A DNA stretch of 64,000 nucleotides from the NCBI RefSeq assembly GCF_006345805.1, contig NC_042999.1:25482001-25546000 (forward strand), given 5' to 3'. This DNA comes from Octopus sinensis. Taxonomy: Eukaryota. Below, one piece after another: positions 25,700-36,589 of the stretch (its first letter is position 1; every line of letters begins with the position of its first letter). The notes below the pieces were generated by a model. The model did not search any database. It was not told the DNA's origin and saw only the letters and a program-made list of their open reading frames with translations. The position numbers and the translations under genes were made by a program.

Positions 25700-26352
25700 G
25701 GTTCAAAATTTCGCTCACTTGTTAGGAGAAAAGATAAATCGATATTTTGAAGCCCAGTGTTTGGAGGTACTTATTGTATCGACCGCGATAGGATTAAAGG
25801 CAAAGTCGGCTTCAGTGGCATTTGAACTCAGAAAGAGAATCTGTTAGAAATGACACTAAGGTATCCGTCTGACGTGCTAACGATCTGCCACCTTCGCGCT
25901 TTGATAAAAAAAAATAATGATATATTTTAATTAAGCATAACACAAGAAATTTGCGGGAGAGGGCTTCTCGATTAAATCGACTATCAAGAACTCAAGTAAT
26001 ACTTATTTAATCGGTTCCGAAAAGATCCCACAGCAAATTGGAACTCAGAACATAAAGATGGACGAAATGCAGCTAAGCTTTTTGTCCAGTGTGTTAACGA
26101 TTCTACAAGCTCACCACCTTAACAAAAATAATGAAAGTTTCATAATTTGGCCCAAGGCCAGCAATTTCAGGAGAGGGTGGGTAAGTCGATTACATTGATT
26201 TCCAGTGTTCAACGGGCATTACCTAATCGACCCGCATGAGGATGAAAGCAATGTCGACCTCAGCGGAATTTCATCTCTGAACGTAAAGCAGGTGAAATGC
26301 CACTGAACGTTTTGTCAGGCATACTAACGATTCTTCCACCTGCCGCACTTTG
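25700..26352 (-). mobile_element. Three tandem degraded family C SINEs (25700-25897, 25940-26122, 26141-26352)
   Basis: Each shows the AACTCAGAA/GCTAACGATT head and GTCGAT core on the minus strand. Confidence 0.7.
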
Positions 26353-27050
26353 CCATTATCAACATAGGTGCAAGTTAGCGACACGTTTAGTCGATTTGAT
26401 ATCATTGCTATTATGGTTTTAGAAAGTGAAAGTAGCATCTTTTAGAAATATAACTTTGTTTTTTCTTAGCTGACGTATTAATCTCTTCTGTTGGATGTTG
26501 CCAAACTATTTGATGAATCGAATTTATTTCTGAAAGTTTAAAAGTAAAATAATTTGGAAATTTATTGGAATCTTAATGTTTTTTTCAATTAATGCACTAA
26601 TTTTTAATGATCTATGTTTAAACATCTGAATCAGTTTTGAAATACATTTTTCATCTGGTAGAACCGCGTATTTTTACCGTAAAAGTGCTCTTTCTCTGAA
26701 TTAAAATCTTTGGATACAGGTGACAGTTAAAAACCCCGAATATTTCTGGCCTTTAGGAATTTGAACAACAAAACTTTCACTAAAACATGGTGCTTCGGTG
26801 CTAGTGTAAATAGAAAGGGAAGACCAAACAAATGAAGTCACATGTATTTAGACATGCGCTTGAATCTAAATAACCTTATTTATAAGCCTATATAGAAGCA
26901 GTGCACATGAACGTTTGAACCCACTTTTGAATAGTGAGATTTGTGTGTTCGATGACATTGTCTCATTGCCGATTATATACACCTTGCCACTAACATCTTT
27001 AGGTACTCTCTTTTCTTTCGTGTGTTTTTGTCTTTTTTTCTCCTTCTTCT

Positions 27051-27097
<47 letters not shown>

Positions 27098-27650
27098 GAG
27101 TGAGAGAGCAGTGCATGCCATCAAAGTGACACTGGGGTAAAATATACGAAGCGCAGTATACCCATCATGACTACCCGTTTGATAAGGGTACACCAGGCAC
27201 ATGCATCACAACCATATATGCGCGACATCGTGATCTCATATCTAGATAAACAGCTCATGACTTTGCAGGTGGGGCCCAGTTAGAATTTTCTTCTGGTCGA
27301 GTAGCCCATCCTGCTCAAAAGGTCCCTGAATAAAGGTTGTTTAAGGATGTTGAACGAAACACCTATGTTTCTAGAGGTGAATTATTCAAACTTAAAAGAA
27401 TTCCTCTGAACACATGACTATGATGTTCCCCCACTACTTTTGCCCATGATCAGAGATGCACATATCGTCAGCCACTAAGGGACATACTCAACTTGTTAAG
27501 GTCAAAGAACTGACAAGCAAATCTGTGGTATTGAGCAGAATATTTGCTGTAGCGCATCTTTTATACCAAGACAAAACAATGACATGATAACACTTCCAAT
27601 CAGTTAAGCTCAGAAGCCACGTGAGCCACTGACTGGTACTGCATCAGGGA
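27098..27650 (-). mobile_element. Family E non-autonomous element, apparently full length, flanked by (TAA)n on both sides
   Basis: Shares its 3' ~220 bp with 22958-23179; no ORF; no Pol III boxes seen. Confidence 0.8.
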
Positions 27651-27662
27651 ATTTATTATTAA

Positions 27663-27740
<78 letters not shown>

Positions 27741-27742
27741 TT

Positions 27743-28150
27743 AAGGCGGCGAGTCGGCAGGAAAGTTTTCTCGCCGTGACAAATTGCTTAGCAGCATTTC
27801 TTCCGTCTTTACGTTCTGTTTTCAAGTTTCTCCCTCAGTTGGCTTTTCTTTTTTCTTTTTTTTTTTTTGTTAATAAACAAGTAACATTTGGGAAGTTGGA
27901 TCGATGCAGTCGATTTCCCAACCAACTTACCGCAAATTGCTGGCCTTGTGCCAAAGTTTGTAACTTGCTCTTTTGGTCAGAGTACAAATTTCTCAGAGGT
28001 TCATTTTTCCTTTCATTCTTCGAGGGTAATAAAGTAACTACCAGTTGAGTACTGGGGTCAATGTAATCGACTGACCCCTTCTCCTGAAATTGATGGCTTT
28101 GTGCCAAAATCACTGTCCTTGTACCACAATTGCTGGCCTTGTGCCAATTT
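27743..28150 (+). mobile_element. Mosaic of family C SINE pieces
   Basis: GGCGGCGAG head, ACTGGGGTCAATGTAATCGAC core, repeated AATTGCTGGCCTTGTGCCAA tails. Confidence 0.65.
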
Positions 28151-28782
28151 TGATGCGTTCTTAACTGACAGCTGTGCATATATATCTTTATATTCTGTGT
28201 TATTGATTTTCGGTGAATTTATTTATATATAAATATATTACGAAATGCAAATTTTACCGAATCTCATATAGTTTCCTAAAGGTAGATGTACTGGTATTTG
28301 TCATATAATGACTCATACACTCACACACACATACACACACACGCACATACACGCAATGCCTCTGTCACACTTTCACATTCTTTTCCCCTAATACACATAT
28401 ATTCGTATGTGTGTGTTTGTGTAGGCGCGTCACATATACATTCGTGTGTCAGTGTTTCTGTAAGCGTGTGTGTGTATATGACCAAGTATCTGTCAGTTTA
28501 TATTGAATGTGAGATCTAAAGTAGGAAACACAGTAATAATAGTAGAGACGAGATATTAGGAGTGACTAAGTACAGGTGGAATTAAGGTTGTTAGATCACG
28601 GAATCAAAGAGTGTGGTAGAAGAATTTTAATACCAGGAGAAGAAACGGTACGTCTGTGTACCAATTCAAGGATGTTAGCTAATGATTAAATCGGTGGAAT
28701 GGAGCTGATGATGTGTGCATGTGTGCTTTATTTATGGGTGTGTGTTCTTTGTGTATGTGTGCTTTGTGTGTATGTTTGCATT

Positions 28783-29160
28783 GGAGGCGCAACGGTCCAG
28801 TGCTTAGGGCAGTGGACTCGCGGAAGTAGGATCGCGGTTTCAATCCGCAGACCGGGCGTTGTGAGTGTTTATTGAGGAAAAACACCTAAAGCTCCACCAA
28901 GCTCCGGCAGGGTGGTGGTGGCGAACCCTGCTGCATTCTTTCACCACAACTTTCTCTCACTCTTTCTTCCTGTTTCTGTTGTATCTGTATTTCAAAGGGC
29001 CAGCCTTGTTACACTCTGTTTCACGCTGAATCTCCCCGGAACTAAGTTAAGGGTACACGTATCTGTGGAGTGTCCAACCACTGGCACGTTAATTTCACGA
29101 GCAGGCTGTTCCGTTGATCTGATCAACTGGAACCATTGTCGTCGTAACCGACGGTGCACC
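28783..29160 (+). mobile_element. SINE family B, full length
   Basis: Colinear with the reverse complement of 21293-21679. Confidence 0.9.
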
Positions 29161-29600
29161 ACGATGTATACTTTGCGCGTGTGTGTGTGTGCTATCCCTA
29201 TGTGTGTGTAAGTGTGTGTGTGTTGTGTGTGTGTGTGTGTGTGCGTGTGTGTGATTTGCATATGTGTGTATATATCTATTTGTGTACTGCACGTGTGTAA
29301 AACAATAATATCCTTCCAGATGTTCACGCAGTATTCTATTGTGAGCAAAACTTAAACTTTATGAAGGGCAATCAACCGATCAATTCTGAAATGCTTTCTA
29401 GCTTTAGACAATAAACCTACTGTTTGAGGTGTAGAATGGTAGATTTATGTCAGAATAACTTATCGCGTTCAATAACATGGACAGCAACACAATCTAACAG
29501 TGGTGGAAAACCACTAGTTTGTAAGGGCAGAGGTGTAGTCCAGTGAATCGATCGTAATGTGCTTAGATGCCTATAGTTAATAGAAATAATAATAATGATA

Positions 29601-30000
29601 ACCCTTTCTACTGGAGGCGCAAGCCGTCAGATTTTTGGATTTGGGGCTAGTCGATTATATTGACCCCAGTGTTTCACTGATATTTAATTTATCGACTCTG
29701 AGAGGATGAAAGACAAATTCGACCTCGGAAGAATTTAAACTCAGAACGTAGCGACGGGCGAAATACCTATTTCTTTACTACCCACAAGGGGCTAAATATA
29801 GAAGGGACAAAGAAGGACAGACAAACGGATTAAGTCGATTTTATCGCCCTCAGTGCGTAACTGGTACTTATTTAATCGACCCCGAAAGGATGAAAGGCAA
29901 AGTCGACCTCGGCGGAATTTGAACTCAGAACGTAGCGGGAGACGAAAAATCGCTAAGCATTTCGTCCAGTATGCTAACGATTCTGCCAGCACGCCACCTT
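29601..30000 (-). mobile_element. Dimeric family C SINE
   Basis: Complete monomer 29762-30000 fused head-to-tail to a headless monomer 29601-29761. Confidence 0.85.
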
Positions 30001-30208
<208 letters not shown>

Positions 30209-30429
30209 ATTCGTTCGCCAGGTTTGAAAGCGCAGGACGTGTTCTTCGCTGACCAGTCAACAGCTGTTGACACCGAAACACTAATACAACGCAGCAGGAC
30301 AATTGGAAAATAACTCTCAAAGACTGGAATATCTACAATTTTCTGTCACTATTTTAAATTTCCCTCAAAATAAGTTTAGAAACTTACATATCTACAGTTT
30401 TCGAATACACAAAAGATCAGTTTTAAAAT

Positions 30430-30790
30430 TTTTAATATCTACAACTTTCTGCCTGAGTATCCGAAAATGTAAACATCCTATTTATTGTAAGAACATTACA
30501 GTTTTCTGTCTTCGGACTTACAAAGGGTCATCTTTAGTTAATTTTAAATCTTTAATGTCTACAATTTTCTTTGAAAATTTTACCTTCCTTTACTTTTCTT
30601 TCTCCCCGTGTATTCGAAAATATAAACATCCTTTTTATTGCTAAAACACTACAGTCTTCTCTGATCGGATATACAAACGAATATGTCTAGAAAATTTAAT
30701 ATCTATAATTTTCTAGGAAAGTTTTATCTCTCTTTTCTCCCTGACTACCCGAATATGTACACATACATTTTATTGTAACATCACAGTTTA
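30430..30790. repeat. Degenerate minisatellite, ~135-145 bp unit, about 2.5-3 copies
   Basis: CCGAAAATGTAAACATCC.TTTATTG..ACAG-like motif recurs at ~30460, 30605 and 30740. Confidence 0.65.
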
Positions 30791-30929
30791 ATGTACGATA
30801 AAAAAAAAATTAAGGAGGTAAGCAGCTGGCAATGTATACAAATTATACAATTACAAAAACTGTAATCCACAGCAAAACATATGAAAACAAAACAAAATTT
30901 TTTAAAATCAGAAATTCAAAAATTCATCA

Positions 30930-30989
30930 GTATATATGTGCATATATATATGCATATATGCATGTACATATATATATATATATATATAT

Positions 30990-31034
<45 letters not shown>

Positions 31035-31036
31035 GG

Positions 31037-31120
<84 letters not shown>

Positions 31121-31173
31121 ATATGTATGTATATATATATATATTATATATATATATATATAATATATATATA
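30930..31173. repeat. (TA)n microsatellite
   Basis: Directly visible. Confidence 0.95.
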
Positions 31174-31424
31174 ATTTTTCTATCAGTAATTTAAAATGGG
31201 GCAAGGTGAACTTTTCAAGACCAAGGTCAGCGCTCTCATTGATCGCTAGTAGTAGTAATCACTCACTTCTGGCCTTTGCTGATCCCAAGGTGGCGAGACC
31301 TCTTTTGTCTCCTTATCGCAGATGAATGCCCATTGCTGATTGCCTAATCATCTGCCGAATGTAATTATAGACCTGAAGAATTTGGTCTTGTCACCAAGCT
31401 GCTTCTCTTCCTCCTACTCTCAAG

Positions 31425-31700
31425 ACGGTTACAATGCCAGTGATTGTGGGATCACTTGAAATGACCAGTAAAGGAACTAAAAATTAGTTGAGGATGATCC
31501 CTTGTTCACCATTCATGCAGGGAGCGTAAATGAGAGTATTAAGTGTTAACTGCAAATGTAGACAGACTGTATACGAAACGAAAGAATGGTGGCAGAGGAC
31601 TGATTAGTATAGACCATTATATAAGGAGTGAAAGGAGAACGCTTGCTGAATATTTGATAAATAGTGACGAAGATCTGCTGCAATATACCTGGACCTACAT
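31425..31700 (+). pseudogene. Scrambled R4/Dong-like non-LTR retrotransposon fragments
   Basis: PVIVGSL (31425-31487, cf. PVVIGALG of the RLE domain) and DRLYTKRKNGGRGLISI (31543-31700, cf. RLYxPRxxGGRGL). Confidence 0.65.
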
Positions 31701-31799
31701 GATTGACGTTTTTAAATGCTATAGGTAGAATGATGGTGATAATGATAATCGCTGTGGTTATGGAGATGACATAATGTAAGTACTTTATATATATATTAT

Positions 31800-32095
31800 A
31801 TTATATTAAATTAGAGATAAAACCACTATTAGGCAAATCAAACAATGAAAAACATAATTAATTAATTTATATTATTTTAAATATATATCAAAAGTATTAA
31901 AAGTTTAATAAAAGATAAATAGTAAAACACTACGATCGTTTCATGGCTGTACAATTCGTAATAATTCGAGTTATGGTTATAGTCAATCTTCAGGTTTATT
32001 GAAATATCTAAAATATAATCAGAAATATTTAGACAATATTTTTAAGATATAAATAATATAATAATTTTACTTATAATAAACTCTATTATCAAACT
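31800..32095 (-). mobile_element. Hammerhead-bearing repeat P5
   Basis: CTGAAGA..44 nt..GAAA CGATCGT A at 31921-32000; single copy, so the boundaries are approximate. Confidence 0.45.
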
Positions 32096-32125
32096 AGAAA
32101 CATAAAACCTAACAATTATGATTAT

Positions 32126-32185
<60 letters not shown>

Positions 32186-32525
32186 GTGTGTGTGTGTGTG
32201 TGTGTATGTGTGTGTGTGTGTGTGTACATACATGGAGGAAGAGGGAGTTGGAATCTCAATAATAACACCCGTGAGAGCCCCACGAACATCATTCTCTTTC
32301 GGGTATCTCACCTCCACTGTGCCCTATATTATTCCTAGTGACATATGTTTTGATGCGCCAGATCGGTCTGGAATTTCCGATTCTGCATTTCGGTAACGAG
32401 GCTTTTGGCATTGCTTGATTGTCGAGACGTTAATTTAGTTACTTTCTCCTATCACACTGCATTCGTGAACTCGACATCTTTGGATTCGTTAATTTGCTGT
32501 CCTGATCTGTATTTGCATTGCCGCT

Positions 32526-32533
32526 AATAGTAA

Positions 32534-32571
<38 letters not shown>

Positions 32572-32572
32572 A

Positions 32573-32613
<41 letters not shown>

Positions 32614-32614
32614 A

Positions 32615-32661
<47 letters not shown>

Positions 32662-32662
32662 A

Positions 32663-32700
<38 letters not shown>

Positions 32701-32741
32701 TTAGTAGTAGTAGTAATAGTAGTAGTAGTAGTAGTAGTAGG

Positions 32742-32799
<58 letters not shown>

Positions 32800-32820
32800 A
32801 TAGTAGTAGTAGTAGTAGTA

Positions 32821-32861
<41 letters not shown>

Positions 32862-32907
32862 TTAGTAGTAGTAGTAGTAAGTAGTAGTAGTAGAGTAGTA
32901 GTAGTAG

Positions 32908-32944
<37 letters not shown>

Positions 32945-32963
32945 GTAGTAGTAGTAGTAGTAA

Positions 32964-33022
<59 letters not shown>

Positions 33023-33041
33023 TTAGTAGTAGTAGTAGTAA

Positions 33042-33101
<60 letters not shown>

Positions 33102-33112
33102 CAGCAGCAGCA
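32526..33112. repeat. (GTA)n trinucleotide tract of ~590 bp with GTATTA interruptions, ending in (GCA)4
   Basis: Directly visible; source of the poly-V/poly-T ORFs. Confidence 0.95.
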
Positions 33113-33507
33113 GTGATGATGAATGTAGAAAGTTTCACGAGTACTGAATTGGTAATTTGGTTTCTTCTTCTTTCAGTTTATTTTTATACTCGTTTTTGAT
33201 GTTAGTGTTGGTTTTACACATCTTTCCATTTGTAGTAATTTCGCTGCTGATTTTGTTGTCGTTCATGACATTGCGATTGTTTTTTTTTTACTTTTATACG
33301 AAAATTCACTATCAAAAATTTATAAATTACGTCAACTTGTCTCAGAGGATGCTGTTTAGTTTGATCACAGGATTGTACCAGAAAACACTAAATCATTTTC
33401 TTCAAAACATCAAAATTCTTACGAGGTCCAAAGCAGCTCAAGACTTACGACCTCCAGGTGATATCTTTCACTTCCAAACACAGCAACAACAACAATCATT
33501 TCTATAG

Positions 33508-33659
33508 TTGACCTGAATTTTGGGGAATGGGGGAGATCGATTACATTGAACAGTAGTGATATAATGGTATTTATTTCATCGACCCCCGAAAGGAGAAGAG
33601 GCAAATTCCGCTAAGCATTTTGTCTGGCGTACTAGAAACCCTGTCAGCTCGCTGTCTTA
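33508..33659 (-). mobile_element. SINE family C, internally deleted
   Basis: ATCGACCCCCGAAAGGA core and GCTAAGCATTT head on the minus strand. Confidence 0.65.
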
Positions 33660-33687
33660 TTTCTTGCTACATTTGCCACAAAACCAT

Positions 33688-33741
33688 TAATAATAATAAT
33701 AATAATAATAGTAATTATTATTATTATTATTATTATTATTA

Positions 33742-33827
<86 letters not shown>
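33688..33827. repeat. (TAA)n followed by (TTA)n
   Basis: Directly visible. Confidence 0.95.
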
Positions 33828-33828
<1 letters not shown>

Positions 33829-33922
33829 CCGAGGTAACAATCGGAAGAGGTATCTTCCAAAGAGATTCTTGTTTTCTTCTGTTATTTGTTATATCTTTGA
33901 TTTCCCTTTCTGTAGCCCTTGT

Positions 33923-34010
33923 CTTAACCACCTTCTCTTTATGGATGATTTAAAACTGTTCGCCAAAACAGATTACGAAATGAAGAGGCTGGTTAAGACT
34001 GTGCAAATGT
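33923..34010 (+). pseudogene. Reverse transcriptase fragment (R4/Dong-like)
   Basis: LNHLLFMDDLKLFAK contains the catalytic F/YMDD motif. Confidence 0.75.
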
Positions 34011-34052
34011 GCAGAAGAATTATTTCTTGGACAATGAACCACTGTAACATGT

Positions 34053-34233
34053 AGGTGTATTTCAAAAGTCGGCATTACCTGGAACTGCACGCATATTGTG
34101 TATAGTAGTGTCTGTCTGAGGTCCGTGTTGTGACTTGACAAACAGTACAACCTCCCCGCCGTAGACACAATATCCTCAATCAAAAACCTCACGACATTGT
34201 ATACTGTGCGACGTCTATAATGATAATAATAAT
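34053..34233 (+). mobile_element. 3' end of an R4/Dong-like element with (TAA)n tail
   Basis: QKSALPGTARILCIVVSV* matches the C-terminal QKxALLGTAxILRxVL motif; short 3' UTR, then ATAATGATAATAATAAT. Confidence 0.65.
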
Positions 34234-35467
34234 CTATATGACACAGCGGTTCATTGTCCAAGAAACTTTACACCGATGTAATTTATCAAATCGATACGTG
34301 GATATGAAACTACAGTCTCTCGACTAAGACAAACACACACATATACATGCACAAATGAACACTTATATAAACAGACACACATACATGTATGGCCTGATAG
34401 AACAATGTCTTTGCGCTGGAGTCATCGCACAGCACTGACTCCGTGTTTTGTTAGCCTATAGGCTATCGACCAACAATCTTAAGCATTGATATATTTGATG
34501 CCGCATTGGACAGATGTTTTTCAAATCAAAGAGATTATCATTAAATTATTTCCCATTTCTGTCAATTCAACAAACGATCAACATAATCAAAGTGCAGTAC
34601 GTTATCTTCACTATACCATGGATAGTATATAAAGCAAAAAAGAAGTGACCGCACTCCATGATCTCACTCAGCAGTTATCAGTTTGTAGTACATGGTGGTG
34701 TAATATAAATCCATACCAAAATTCCTTTAATAATTCCATAGGTTTTGTTCACTTCCGTCGTGGCAGCGTATTGTGTTCGTTGTAAAGCACATCACCCCAT
34801 TCAACTGAACTAATTAACGACGTTAATTAATATATTATTTAAATAGAGTAATAAAAAACTGCGTTGAATGTAACGTTAATAACATTTATTTTGAGCGGGT
34901 GGTGATCTTTTTAGTCGACACTAGTAAAGAACATGAAAACTAAGATAAGAATATTAACAAAACTGAAAACATATAATATAAAACTGTACATATAACCAAC
35001 CAGTTGGTTTACAACGTATTTCCATACATTCAACAATATTTACTTCGTATAGAATGATAATTTATTTATCATATATATATTTTTTCAAATTTCAATGTGG
35101 TTCTCACTCTTTATTATCTCTTTTCTCCATCGCACATTCTTGAAGCCTAGATTCTTTTACTATCACAACTATTTCTAAAAAGGTTATCTCTCTGAATAAT
35201 AAATTCACTTGCCATCGTTTTATTGTGGAATCTTATCAAACTTATCAAAGTTTGAGCAGTTTACTAGAAAATTTTCCTTTCGCCAAAATAAACAATATCA
35301 GTGTTCCAACTTCCACTACTGTTCTGCGAAGTTAAAGATGACAGTTGTATTACAAATTACAAAAAACTACGTAGTTTTCCCGCCTAATATATGTAATAGC
35401 ACGTTGAACATGCGGTACAAAGAAGTACCGAAAAATAAAATTAATAAGAATACTTTCAAATTTTAGC

Positions 35468-36098
35468 ACAAGGTTAGTAAATTCAGATGTAGGAAGTTAA
35501 TCTATTACATTAAACCCAATGCTCGATTGCAGCGTTTATGGAGTCCGGTAGAATGGAAGGTAAATTTGATCTTGGCGGAATTTCATCTCAGAACATAAGG
35601 AGGATCTTTTCAGTTTGAACGGCAGTTTTTTCTAGCAGTGTCATATGAAATTGTCACCCATGATTATGACCCTAGTATCAATATATTGCATTTCAATCTG
35701 TTTTAGGGTTAGGGTTAGTTTGGGTTAATTAGGGTTAGTTAGGGTTAGGGGTGGGGGGATATTTTTTCTTCACAAATGTAAATAAACCCAATCTGTTTCT
35801 TAAACGAGGGGCATATTCATACGGCACATAATGTTGTTTACCTCAGTAGACGTCACTGATTGGTTGAAATTGCAGAAACTAAAGAAAACAACAACAAATA
35901 TCTTACAAACTATAGAATTTTCTCCATAAAGCCAAGAGAAAAAGATCTTTTATAAACATATTCTACCGGTATACGAAGTTTAAAACTTTTTAGTTACCTA
36001 GAAATTATGTTAAAAACTGCCGCTCAAACTGAAAAGATCCCATAAGGAACAAGAAAACATTCCCTCGCGCTATCGATACTACAAGCTCGTCACCTTAT
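35468..36098 (-). mobile_element. Family C SINE interrupted by the MITE (parts 35468-35601 and 36041-36098)
   Basis: The SINE reads continuously once the MITE and one TSD copy are removed. Confidence 0.6.
35602..36040. mobile_element. MITE, 439 bp, 29-bp TIRs, 8-bp TSD, internal TTAGGG repeats
   Basis: TIR GGATCTTTTCAGTTTGARCGGCAGTTTTT (28/29 match); TSD CATAAGGA at 35594-35601 and 36041-36048. Confidence 0.92.
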
Positions 36099-36127
36099 TA
36101 ATAATTCTTTCTAAAATTTATCATACA

Positions 36128-36291
36128 ACCAGAAAATTTTGGGGTAAAACTAAGTCAATTACATCGACCCCAAAAGGAGCCAAGGTAAAGTTGTCTTTGG
36201 TGCTATAAACAGAAAGGGTTTAAAGAGCTGGAAGAAAAGTTGCCGAGTGTTTTGTCCAACATGCTAACGATTCTATCAGCTTGTCCCCTTA
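36128..36291 (-). mobile_element. SINE family C, degraded
   Basis: ACATCGACCCC core and CATGCTAACGATTCT head. Confidence 0.6.
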
Positions 36292-36458
36292 TCATTCTTT
36301 CTAATAAGGATACAAGACCTGAAAATTGGCGGAGGGGCTTGTAGATTACATCGATCCAAGTGCTATACTCATTTATTATGCATTTTTAGATGTAGAGGTA
36401 TTAGTAAAATAGACTTCTCCTTGTATATGACTCACAATTTAAATATATGAAATATGAG

Positions 36459-36589
36459 GAACTTACTCGTGCGATCCAATCCAAATCATTCTTTATATAA
36501 ATCAAGTTTTAATTTATATCTAGGACTAGATGTAAATTAAAACTTCATTTATATAAAGAACGATTCAGATTGGCTTCACTAGTAAGTTC
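36459..36589. repeat. Fold-back inverted repeat, ~65-bp arms, 2-nt spacer
   Basis: About 55 of 65 positions are complementary. Confidence 0.9.

Noticed and set aside
27500-27650. HDV-like ribozyme at the 5' end of family E
   Set aside because: I could not place P1 starting with G, a CC-containing L3, or the P1.1 GG; only simple stems are present.
35703-35760. A true telomere or chromosome-fusion scar
   Set aside because: The tract is short, degenerate, single-orientation and internal to a MITE with TIRs and a TSD.
36524-36581. Apparent exon with AG and a perfect GTAAGT donor
   Set aside because: It lies wholly inside the fold-back hairpin and the same donor appears on the opposite strand, so the palindrome explains it.
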